A stretch of 64,000 nucleotides of DNA from the NCBI RefSeq assembly GCF_006345805.1, contig NC_043009.1:44578001-44642000 (forward strand), given 5' to 3'. This document shows, one piece after another, positions 53,971-64,000 of this stretch. The DNA is from Octopus sinensis. Its lineage: Eukaryota. The translations under genes were made by a program, and so were the position numbers. The notes under the pieces are model-generated. The model was not told the DNA's origin. It saw nothing but the letters and a program-made list of their open reading frames with translations, and searched no databases. The stretch's first letter is position 1. Each line of letters begins with the position of its first letter.

Positions 53971-54348
53971 TATATTTACACAATAGCAAATAAATAATTT
54001 TCAGATTTTTGTTTGCTTGTTAATGAACAATGGAATCATTATCAATTAGTGCCATTAACAATTAAAAGAAATTACAGAAGAAAATGGAGAATTGATGTGA
54101 TAACTTCTAATGATATAAGCAGGACGTTATAATGGTAGTGACACTAGATGGCAGAATTGTGATATATCACTCTGCTTAACTTTGAAATTCTAGTAGAAAT
54201 TTGTTGGTATTTAAGAAAGAAGAATTCCTCTTCTTATAAACACTTTTATTACTATATTTCTGCTGAAACATTTATGTATTTGTTTTGCAAGATTCCTGAT
54301 GTGAAATTGTGTGTTGAAACAGATATTGTAATATTTTGGGACAGTCAT

Positions 54349-54578
54349 TTTTTTTCTGCCAAATAAACACATGCACTGTATATTTGTTCTTCACTTCAGC
54401 TTTATTATGGTTCTTATTTTAATGTCTTTTTTGTTTGAAATCTTTTGTCACATATCACTGAAGAGGTCACAGGATGTGTGACAAAAGATTTCAGGTGAAG
54501 GACACTAAAATAAGAACAAAAATAAATCCCAAGTGAAGAATGACTATATAATGCATGTGTTTATTCGGCAAAAAAAAA
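54349..54578. mobile_element. Inverted-repeat element with a degenerate hammerhead-like core
   Basis: Imperfect arms at ~54349-54456 and ~54472-54578. CTGAAGA at 54458-54464, 6-bp stem II GTCACA/TGTGAC, then AAAAGATTTC with no intact GAAA. Confidence 0.5.
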
Positions 54579-54706
54579 AAGGAAAAAAATCCATCCTGAA
54601 ATATAACACTATCTGTTGAAACACTTGTTTCAATTAATTTTGAAAATAATGAATTTAATAAAATAGCTTTGTTGTAATTAAGTTGGTGTATTTAGAAGAT
54701 ATATTA

Positions 54707-55051
54707 AATCAAATGGAAATTGTAGTTGTGATACCCATGCCGGAGGCACATAAAAAGCACCATCCAAACGTGGCCGATGCCAGCGCCGCCTTGACTGGCT
54801 TCCTTGCTGGTGGCATGTAAAAAGCACCAACTAATCATGGCTATTGCCAGCCTCCCCTGGCACCTGTGCCAGTGGCATGTAAAAAGCACCCACTACACTC
54901 ACAGAGTGGTTGGTTTTAGGAAGGGCATCCAGCTGTAGAAACACTGCCAGATCAGACTGGAGCCTGGTGCAGCCTCCTGGCTTCCCAGACCCTGGTTGAA
55001 CTGTCCAACCCATGCTAGCATGGAAAACGGACGTCAAACGATGATGATGAT
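54707..55051 (+). mobile_element. RTE LINE 3' UTR fragment nested in a piggyBac-like MITE
   Basis: Matches the 44500-44900 3' UTR with (GAT)n tail. MITE-like sequence continues on both sides, with 'ttaa' at both junctions. Confidence 0.8.
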
Positions 55052-56003
55052 TAATATGAAATTTTGATGGAAGATTTTTATTTAGATCACTTTAAAATGA
55101 AGAATTTGTATGATAGAACTCAGGGTGATTTCAGGAGGGTTGGTATCAAAGAACAGAAAAAAGAAGAAAAAGAATGTTTTCAGCAGCTAATGTTGTGCTA
55201 ATGAAGGAACTTCTCAGTGGTTGCTTCACATGCAAGAGATAGCAACCAAATCACCCTCATATCATACTCTACTGTCTTAAATAAGAGCATATTGAATAAG
55301 GTGGTCCTGAATGCATTGTACCATGGAAAAACCTGGACGGCCATGGCTAAACTGCCTCTTATTTGTACGTCAGCTTGATTAGAACTGACCCCGATGCTAA
55401 ATAACTACAATAACATACTGGCCATTCTTCACGGCAATGCCATTACGGTCATTATTGCCGGGCACAGCTGATTACACCACCTGTTCTGGGATATGCGACC
55501 CACTTCCCCCTCCCCTTACATCTTCTGCTGCTTTACCCCTGACCTCTTTTTCCCATTTTTTCTGATCTCACTCCTTTTGTTTCTTTGTATTTAAATGTTC
55601 TAATAATATAAAAATGTCTTTTTCGATTAAAAAAATAATGAAAAAAAAAAAAAAGAATATGATGCTTATGTAGAGCACCAAAAACAAACAAGAATAATAG
55701 AATTAAGTAGATTATCCAACATGGATGAAGAAAATAACAGGGGAGGTTTAACTCATTTCTTACAATATTTCTACTGAAATATATATAATTTGCTTCAATT
55801 AATTATGAAAATAATGAAGAATAGTAAAATAACTTTGTCATTATGAAGCTATCATTTGTAATGTATATTAAAATATTTTGATTGAAGATTTTAATTTACA
55901 TTACTTTAACCCTTTTGTTACCACATTTCCGTTGAAATACAGTAGATATATTTTAATAAATTTTGTCGTTAATCCTTTTGTTACTGAATTCCTGTAAAAA
56001 TAC

Positions 56004-56554
56004 TGTGGTGTTATGAGCTGTGATGAGCTATGTGGTGTTGGTGGAGGGGATTGCAGATGAGGTAAATGGAAGTGAAGACTACAAGGGCCGGTGGAAGAGC
56101 CACGGGGGCATGTGTGGGCAAAAAGCATATGGGGCAGTTGGACAAGAGACAGGAGCGTGCAAGGACATGTTTTTTTTTTCGACAGTGATCGCTCATCCCG
56201 CCTAGGTCAACAGGTATGGTCTCTGTATTTCTTTCTCCCATTTTCTTCTTTTTTCTGTTGTCTTTTTCCTCCATCACACTATAAGCTATTTCGGTCCATA
56301 ACAAAAAGAAGCAAAGAAGGAGAAAGAAATACAGAGACCATACCTGTTGACCTAGGCGGGATGAGCGATCACTGTCAAGAGAAAAAAACATGTCCTTGCA
56401 CCCTCCTGGCTCTCATCAAACTGCTAAACATGCTTTTTGCCCATGCATGCCCCCGTGGTTCTTCCACCAGCCCCTGCAGTCTTCACTTCTGTTTACCTCA
56501 TCTGCAATCCTCTCCACCAACACCACATAGCTCATCACAGCCCATAACACCACA
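56004..56554. repeat. Long inverted repeat with ~235-bp arms (56004-56238 and 56319-56554) and an 80-bp spacer
   Basis: Arms are reverse complements, roughly 90% identical by eye, with long perfect runs such as 'ctgtca/cga...gatcgctcatcccgcctaggtcaacaggtatggtctctgtatttctttctcc'. Embedded in a piggyBac-like MITE. Confidence 0.9.
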
Positions 56555-57294
56555 AACACCATAACTACAATGCCTTTGTTTTAATTGATTTATGGTAATA
56601 ATGAAGAACTTAGAAAAATAACTTTTAATATGGAATTTTAATGGGAACTTTTTATTTACTTCACTTTAAAATAAAAAATCTGGTATCTTAGTTCTATGGA
56701 TGGTATTGGGTGATTTGGTATCAAAAGGGTTAAGCTGCTTTTTGGAACATAAATCAACATGAAATTTTAATGGAAACTTTTTAATTTAGGTCACTTTTAA
56801 ACATGAAGTATATATCACAGAACCAGGGGTGGTCTCAGGTGAGTTGGCATCAAAAGGGTTAAATAAATAGGATTGTTATTTATAAATTCCATTATAAAAT
56901 ATTTATACACTTACATAGCTAAAAGGCCCCAAATAGGGTGGTCTGCTCCAAGCATTATCTTTTAGAGCAGCATTATAGGTGTTTTTTTAAGAGGTGCTGA
57001 AGTTGGGGATTTAATAAATGCAGTGAAGTGGTAATGGGTGAAAGATGTGATGAAGAGGTGTGAGGGAGAGGTAGAAAGAAGGATGAATGAGAGACAAAAA
57101 CTCCACTGAACCCAGCTGACCTCAGCGATTAACCAGTTTATATTCATGCTTAAAGAACTTTTTGAATCACCCTGTATAAATATATTTATGTATATGTGTA
57201 AGTAAACATATGTATGTATATACATATGTATGTGTGTGATATATATATATATATACCACTGCAAGAAGAATTAATGTTTATAACTGGATGTTTA

Positions 57295-57381
57295 TTAATT
57301 CACTTTCGATAGTCCAGAAAGAACGACTGTGACTATTGTTAGACCGAATGCTAAAAACAGGATTAACATGTTTTTGAGTCC
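57295..57381 (-). CDS. TMEM144: TMEM144 terminal coding exon (GLKNMLILFLAFGLTIVTVVLSGLSKVN*)
   Basis: Acceptor 'atatttcag|GGA', 87 bp, phase 0, in frame with the preceding exon. Resembles the TMEM144 C-terminal helix (GxxNyLlL..AF.I...G....LSK). Confidence 0.85.
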   Translation of the reverse strand, partial: GLKNMLILFLAFGLTIVTVVLSGLSKVN

Positions 57382-58089
57382 CTGAAATATAGAAGAGAGA
57401 AAATGGTTAACTTCAGGTGAAAAAAAAACAAAAAACTTATTCTATACATTTATTGTTACATTTGTAGTTGTTGTTGTCGACTTGATAGAAGACCACAAGA
57501 TTATCCACCATCTTCATAACACCAACTTTGGCCACCCTTTTTCAATACGATATCTACAACCCACGTAGTTTTAATGTCCCCCTTTCCATGCTTGAGTCTA
57601 TTAGGGCAGATTTTCTATGGCTGGATGCCCTTCCTGTTGCCACCCTCATCTATTTCCAAGCAAGGTAATATTTCTCCATAGCCAGACATGCTATTGCAGA
57701 ATATTGGAAATGAATGACACCACTTGTATGAGTGTGACAATCATTCTACAACCATTACACAAGGTCAAGACAAGAAGACACAAACAACACATGCATAGAC
57801 ACACAGACATATATATACATTAAATGAACCTTCCTTGGTTTCTGTCTAGCACATCCTCATGTTATATTACCACACACACACACACATTCAGTAGTATGCT
57901 TTACCAGACATCTTAATATTTGACTGAGGTAGTTGCAAGCTTAAAATTCAACTCCAATTTGAAAACTGTGCCATAATTGTATTATCCACATAGGGACAGA
58001 CTAGATTCTTACTAACTTGGATCATATATTATTAGAAATAATCACAAAACCAATTATTGATATTTTGAATGTATTATTTAATACATATT

Positions 58090-58905
58090 GGAAAACCTGG
58101 GACGAGGTGGTGAAGCACGACCTTCGAACTTTAGGTCTCACTGAGGAAATGACTAGAGACCGAGTCCTCTGGAAGTGTGCTGTGCGCGAGAAGACCCGCA
58201 GGACAAGTGAGTCCATAACCCTTGGCCTTCTACTTGGGATGGGCCAGCCTATGTATGCATACCTTCCCTTCTTGGGACACAAAACTCAACTTGTGAAGAC
58301 CTGTTGAGGCAAGTGAGGATCAGAATCGAAATCGATCAATGGAAATTGCAGATGTGTTACCAGTGCCGGTGGCATGTCGATACTCTACTTGTGAAGACCC
58401 GTTGAGGCAAGTGAGGATCAGAATGGAAATCGATCAATGGAAATTGCAGATGTGTTACCAGTGCCGGTAGCATGTCGAAACTCTACTTGTGAAGACCCGT
58501 TGAGGCAAGTGAGGATCAGAATGGAAATCGATCAATGGAAATTGCAGATGTGTTACCAGTGCCAGTGGCATGTAAGAGAACCTTCCATTTCGCGACCGTT
58601 GCCAGCACCACCCCGTTTCGTGTCCGTTGCCAGCCTCGCCTGGCCCTTGTGCCGGTGGCACATAAAAAGCACCATCCGTTCGTGGCCGTTTGCCAGCTCT
58701 GTCTGGCACCTGTGCGGGTGGCACGTAAAAAGCACCCACTACACTCACGGAGTGGTTGGCGTTAGGAAGGGCATCCAGCCGTAGAAACACTGCCAGATTT
58801 GACTGGGCCTGATGAAGCCTTCTGGCTTCACAGACCCCAGTAGAACCGTCCAACCCAAGCTAGCATGGAAAACGGACGCTAAACGATGATGATGATGATG
58901 ATGAT
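58090..58905 (+). mobile_element. 5'-truncated RTE LINE (ORF end plus 3' UTR) in a TMEM144 intron, with an internal 98-bp triplication
   Basis: KTWDEVVKHDLRTLGLTEEMTRDR is near-identical to 44245-44365. 'ttgtgaagac' at 58291, 58389 and 58487. (GAT)n tail. Confidence 0.93.
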
Positions 58906-59104
58906 ATATTTCAAGTAGTTATGTAACAACAATTTGTTATGTGTCACCCTCATCAGTCAATTACAAACAAAATATTTGCCTCTAATCAACTAATGAGGAT
59001 GATACTTATGTAGCAAATTGTTACATAACCCCTTGAAGCATATGTATTAAATAATGCATTCAAAATATCAAGGCTTTACTCTCATTCAACACAGCAGCTG
59101 CGGG

Positions 59105-59275
59105 CTAGAAGAGACCTTGTGGCAGGTCTGCACCAGATGGTCGAATGTAATTGGGAAAGATCTTCAGAGGTTTGACATTACCTTGGAGGATACAGAGAGG
59201 CTGGCATGGGACCGTCAGCAATGGAGAGCACTGATGATGCCTCTGAGACCACTAATCTGTGATGACCACAGCTGC
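59105..59275 (+). mobile_element. Old RTE-type LINE C-terminal remnant
   Basis: Encodes ...TRWSNVIGKDLQRFDITLEDTERLAWDRQQWRAL, resembling the RTE 'RW...D...A.DR..WR' C-terminal motif. Confidence 0.6.
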
Positions 59276-59950
59276 ATCAAGTAAGAGCATGAAGCCAAGA
59301 AGAAGCCAAGTGTGTGTGTGTTGGCTGGCCCAGGGTTATACTAGAAAATATTTGCTCAAGGTGTCACAAATTAGGACTGAACCCAAACCATGTGATTGGG
59401 AAGTGAATGTCTTAACCACACAACCATGCCTGCACCTTATAGAATGCCAAATTCCATAATCTATTGTGTCATAGAAATAACGTGCTAAAGCTTCTGTCTT
59501 TTAGCAGGGCATGTTAGCTTCATATAGTCAATACTATCCCAAATTGTCTATCAAAATGCAGGTATGGCAGTATGGTTGAGAAGTTGAGAAGCTCCTGTGT
59601 GTACATAGCTCGGAATGGTCAAAGCTGGAAGCCCTTTCATCAAAGGTCTACTCAGTTAAGTTTGAACTAAAACTAAATAACATTAGTAACAGTAACAACA
59701 AACATAGCAGTTGGTTATTAACTTTCTAAATGACAGACTCATCCAAGCTGAGCAAATATGAAAAAAAAAGTTTTAAAAAACAAAGAATCAGACATGGGTG
59801 TGTGGTAAAAAGGTTTGTTTCCCAACCACATGGTTTTAGGTTCAGTCCCACTGCATAGCACCTTTGGCAAGTGTTTTCTACTATAGCCTCAGGGTAATCA
59901 AAGCCTTGTGAATGGATTTGGTAGGTGGAAACTGAAAGAAGCCCGTCATG

Positions 59951-59985
<35 letters not shown>

Positions 59986-60271
59986 AAGTATGACTGTGTC
60001 AGTGTTTGTCTCCATCACCAATTGACAACTGGTGTTGGTGTGTTTACATCCCCATAACTTAGTGGTTTGGCAAAAAGAGACTGATACAATAAGTGCCAAA
60101 CTTTAACGTAAAATAGTACTGGGGTCGATTCGTTCGACTGAAATCCTTCGAAGTGGTGCCCCAGCATGGCTGCAGTCAGATGACTGAAACCAGTGAAAGA
60201 CAAAAGATAACCATAACAAAATAAAAAAATAAATAAATAAAAAAAAAACATTAAAAAAAATTGTAGTTTAC

Positions 60272-60543
60272 CTTAATTTCTTTGAAGAGCAACACTCCCC
60301 ATGCTGAGGCAATCAACATTGGCCCCGATGTGATAATGGGGAAGGAGACTGGTTCCAACAGAACGGCATTGGCCACGAAAAAGCAGGCCGTGGCAACACC
60401 CCACATTATTCCTGATATGATCCCTGGGAGAATAGCTTTAGGGTAAACTACTGGTTTGTTACGCATGAAAATAACATAGATACAGAAATACACTGATGCA
60501 GTCAAGTAAATCCCACAGTAATGAGCGAAAACATAGTCCAAAC
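60272..60543 (-). CDS. TMEM144: TMEM144 internal coding exon (transmembrane protein 144)
   Basis: 'ttttttttctag|gt ttg gac tat' acceptor and 'AAG|gtaaac' donor; 272 bp. LDYVFAHYCGIYLTASVYFCIY...PGIISGIMWGVAT...VSFPIITSGPMLIASAWGVLLFKEIK closely parallels the TMEM144 family sequence (LDYVFAHFSGIF...VSFPIITAGPG..AAMWGIFMFKEIK). Confidence 0.95.
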
Positions 60544-60570
60544 CTAGAAAAAAAAGAGAAATAAATAAAT

Positions 60571-60955
60571 CATCATCATCATCGTTTAACGTCCGCTTTC
60601 CATGCTAGCATGGGTTGGACGGTTCAACTGGGGTCTGGGAAGCCAGAAGGCTGCACCAAGCTCCAGTCTGATCTGGCAGTGTTTCTACAGCTGGATGCCC
60701 TTCCTAACGCCAACCACTCCGTGAGTGTAGTGGGTGCTTTTTACGTGCCACCGGCACAGGTGCCAGACGAGGCTGGCAAACGGCCACGATCGGATGGTGC
60801 TTTTTACATGCCACCAGCCACAATCGGATGGTGCTTTTTACGTGCCACCGGCCATGAATCGGATGGTGCTTTTTACGTGCCACCAGCATGGAGGCCAGTC
60901 GGGGCGGCGCTGGCTACGGCCACATTCGGATGGTTCTCTTACGTGCCTCCAGTTA
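60571..60955 (-). mobile_element. RTE LINE 3' UTR fragment ending ~26 nt upstream of a TMEM144 splice acceptor
   Basis: Reverse complement of the RTE 3' UTR. The (GAT)n tail starts at ~60571 and the acceptor AG is at 60544-60545. Confidence 0.9.
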
Positions 60956-61038
60956 TGCTAGGTGCAGGTGTGGCTGTGTGGCAAGAAGTTTGCTTCCCAA
61001 CCACATGGTTCCAGGTTCAGTCATTCTACATGGTACCT

Positions 61039-61267
61039 ATTTCTTTACTACCCACAAGGGGCTAAACACAGAGAGGACAAACAAGGACAGACAAACGTAT
61101 TAAGTCGATTATATCAATCCCAGTGTGTAACTGGTACTTATTTAATTGACCCCAAAAAGATGAAAAGCAAAGTCGACCTCGGTGGAATTTGAACTCAGAA
61201 TGTAGCGATGGGTGAAATACTACTAAGCATTTCATCCAGCGCGCTAACGACTGCCAGCTCACTGCCT
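61039..61267 (-). mobile_element. tRNA-derived SINE with 15-bp TSD nested in a CORE-like SINE
   Basis: TSD 'ttctacatggtacct' at 61024-61038 and 61268-61282. The host SINE head is at 60963-61038 and its body resumes at 61283. Confidence 0.88.
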
Positions 61268-62349
61268 TTCTACATGGTACCTTGGGCAAGTGTCTCCTAC
61301 TAGAGCCTTGGACTGACCAAAGCCTTGTGAGTGGATTTGGTAAACGGAAACTGAAAGAAGCTTGTTGTGTATATATATAAATGGCAATTTCTGTCTTTGT
61401 CTGTCTGTTACCATTTTCTTGCCCAAACCAGGGAACCAATTTTCACCAAACTTTGTATACATGCTGAACTAACATCCAGTTCAATTATAGGCAAATTGGA
61501 TTTCAATTTGAATCAATAATGGACCAACTATGGGAGTTGGGATATTACATGATAAAACGAGAGGGGTGCAAAAGTGTTAGGTTGAGGAAAATGTGGCATA
61601 ATGAGGGTGACTGATATCAGGAGACAGGAAGAGATCGACACAGGGAAAGTGAGAGACAGACAGGGACACTTCCATATATATAAAAGAGAGTTTGTGTGTG
61701 TGTGTATGTTCCTTATGCATTAAAAAATTGAGTCACTAATGTTGACGTATGGGGTATCAAAAGATTCAGGAATCATATGACTACCAAATAGACTTTATTT
61801 TCATTTACAAAAACTTTACATTATAATCTTTTCTGTAAGTCAACTATCATAAACATTTTATACCATGACGACAACGTCACATTTTCTATATGAGTGTGTA
61901 CCTTAATAGACATCCATTTCTCTATCTGTTATGACGAAATACAGTCACTCACTCTCTTGCTCTCTCACATGCCCATGTATATATACAAAAAAGATGTATG
62001 CATGTGTATTTATGTATGTGTATATGAAAGACATGTGTAAGACAGAGAGAGAGTGTCACTTACATATAGATGACAACACACACCTTCACTCACTCTATCT
62101 CTTCCTCTCTCTGTCTCACACACACACGTCCAGTTCATATATATGTTCATACATCATTCACTTTCTACTATCTTTCATTTTCTGCTCTCACTTCAAAGCA
62201 AATGTCGCAGTTTAACTTTCTCTTCTCTTTCAATTACTGTTCTCTTCAAAGCATAAAGAAATTAAAAATTTATATGGAAATTAATGAATACATTTGAAAA
62301 CTGAGTTGCCGATTTTTCTGAAGAAAAACAGCTTTTTTTTTTCACCTAC

Positions 62350-62447
62350 CATTAGGACTGGCACCAGAATAATGATCTTGAATATAGATAGCTGGAACAA
62401 AGTTGAGACCATACAAGCATCCAGAACCAATTGCTAAAACAGTACCT
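62350..62447 (-). CDS. TMEM144: TMEM144 internal coding exon (GTVLAIGSGCLYGLNFVPAIYIQDHYSGASPNG)
   Basis: 'ttcttcatttcag|' acceptor and 'AAT G|gtaggt' donor; 98 bp = 1+96+1, splicing in frame to the 60543 exon (G|GT = Gly). Matches the TMEM144 'G..LAVISG.LYGS.FVP.IYI.DH' segment. Confidence 0.92.
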
Positions 62448-62872
62448 CTGAAATGAAGAAAACAATTGGATTACAGAAACATGAAATATTCAACTGGTGT
62501 CATCATCATCATCATTTAACATTCACTTTTCTCTGCTTGCATGGATTAGACAGAATTTGCTGAGGCAGATTTTCTGAAGCTAGATACCATTCCAGTTGCC
62601 AACCCTCACTCATTTCCAAGCAAGGCCAGACATGTTTTACTGTTTATCTTCTGTAATTTTGCATCCCAACCTGGACCATCTTGTATTTTTGTCCTTTTTT
62701 TTCTTTCAATGCTTCCTTCTTTATTTAAGATGTGTGTGATTCGAGGGAGATTTGGTGACTATTTCTGATACATTGAGCTCCTACCGAGAACAACCATCAT
62801 TGGCTTGAACTGATATATTAACTATCATAGCAGCTATTTTACTTGCATGTTTAATTATTTCATATTTATATA

Positions 62873-63108
62873 TATTTCTTTATTGCCCATAGGGGAGCTA
62901 AACATAGAGGGGACAAACAAGGAGAGATAAAGGGATTAAGTCGATTACATCGACCCCCCAGTACCTAACTGGTACTTATTTAATCGACCCCGAAAGGAAG
63001 AAAGGCAAAGTTGACTTCGGCGGAATTTGAACTCAGAACGTAACAGCAGTTGAAATACAGCTAAGCATTTTGCCCGGCGTGCTAACGATTCTATCAGCTC
63101 GCCGCCTT
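62873..63108 (-). mobile_element. tRNA-derived SINE (same family as 9308-9547)
   Basis: Reverse complement of 'aaggcggcgagctg...gttctgagttcaaattccgccgaag...aataaagaaata'. Confidence 0.85.
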
Positions 63109-64000
63109 TACATATTCATAGCAGAAGAGAAATGGATGTTGTGATGTTTATGCCTTTCCCTGGAACATTACCTACAGGAATTATATGGAGTTAATACAAA
63201 CAGAATCAAAACTGGTTCGAAAATGACATTAATACTAAGAAAGCTCAGAGCTGTGGATTAGGATAAATGATGGAACATCAAGAAAAATCACTTGCGGTAT
63301 TCACCTGCAGTCATTTACCTTTTGGGTTCAAATCTAGCTGTTGCAAAAATTCACCATTTCATTTTCTTGAGTTTAAATCCTACAAGAGTTGTTTCCCCTA
63401 TCAACATTTGGCCTTGTATCAAGTCATCAATTTGGATTGACGAAATCGTTAGAGTTCTCAAGAAAATGCTTTGTGATGTTCATGCTATGGCTCTTTACGA
63501 AGAGCCATAGCATTTATGTTCGAATCTCACCAAGATCAACCTTGCCTGGTAAACTTCTTGGGCCCAATAAAATAAGTTCCATCCAATATCATACATTTAT
63601 ATATGTTATATATTGTTCAAAATTCACAGTCATGTACTTGTGTGAGAAATCAATATGATAAACACTAAAGGTAAATTACTCGAAACGTTGAACATTATAT
63701 TAAACAAGTGCGATCATGTGAATTTTTAAAGAATTATTCTCTTCTCTGCCAAACAGAGTTCGCACCCCCTACTTCCATTAAAATACAGCCTAATAACCTC
63801 ATGTCGATGTTATATAGCATTACATCTTTTAATTGGCATTCACAGCTGGCTAAAGTGGTGACATTAAGCCTTACCTGGATCTTAAAAGAGGATCCGTAAC
63901 CCATGGCTTTTATTGAATATATATGTGTATATATGTATAAACACACACATATACACATCCAATGAGTGAGAAGATGCTTGTACAAGTGTACAATAGATGA

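Noticed and set aside
56011-56564. 126 and 157 aa minus-strand ORFs
   Set aside because: They derive from the two arms of the inverted repeat, show no recognisable domain and lack splice support.
63734-63985. 83 aa minus-strand ORF with an internal 'cag|gtaagg' donor as a further TMEM144 exon
   Set aside because: No TMEM144-like residues in the phase required to join exon 62447; any upstream exon could not be identified in the window.

Overview
AT-rich eukaryotic DNA dense in microsatellites, SINEs and LINEs. The repeat families suggest an octopod cephalopod (Octopus-like); this is an inference. Two convergent genes bracket the window. On + are the last two coding exons of a GAB/Daughter-of-sevenless-like docking protein (5926-6013, 9612-9806). 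On - are the last three coding exons of TMEM144 (62350-62447, 60272-60543, 57295-57381). The main feature of the intergenic region is a ~10.1 kb higher-order satellite (31210-41295). It consists of ~21-22 bp CpG-rich monomers around the palindrome TGCGCATGCGC(A/G), the NRF1-family consensus, alternating with phased AAAATTTT blocks. It sits exactly between two direct copies of a ~3 kb segment (28183-31209, 41294-45745), and only the right copy carries a young 5'-truncated RTE LINE. Three small inverted-repeat elements (22.9, 51.6, 54.4 kb) carry type I hammerhead-ribozyme-like motifs typical of Penelope-like retroelement termini; the 51.6 kb copy is nearly complete. Almost all long ORFs in the supplied track are artefacts of simple or satellite repeats. 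All coordinates were counted by hand and repeat boundaries are approximate.
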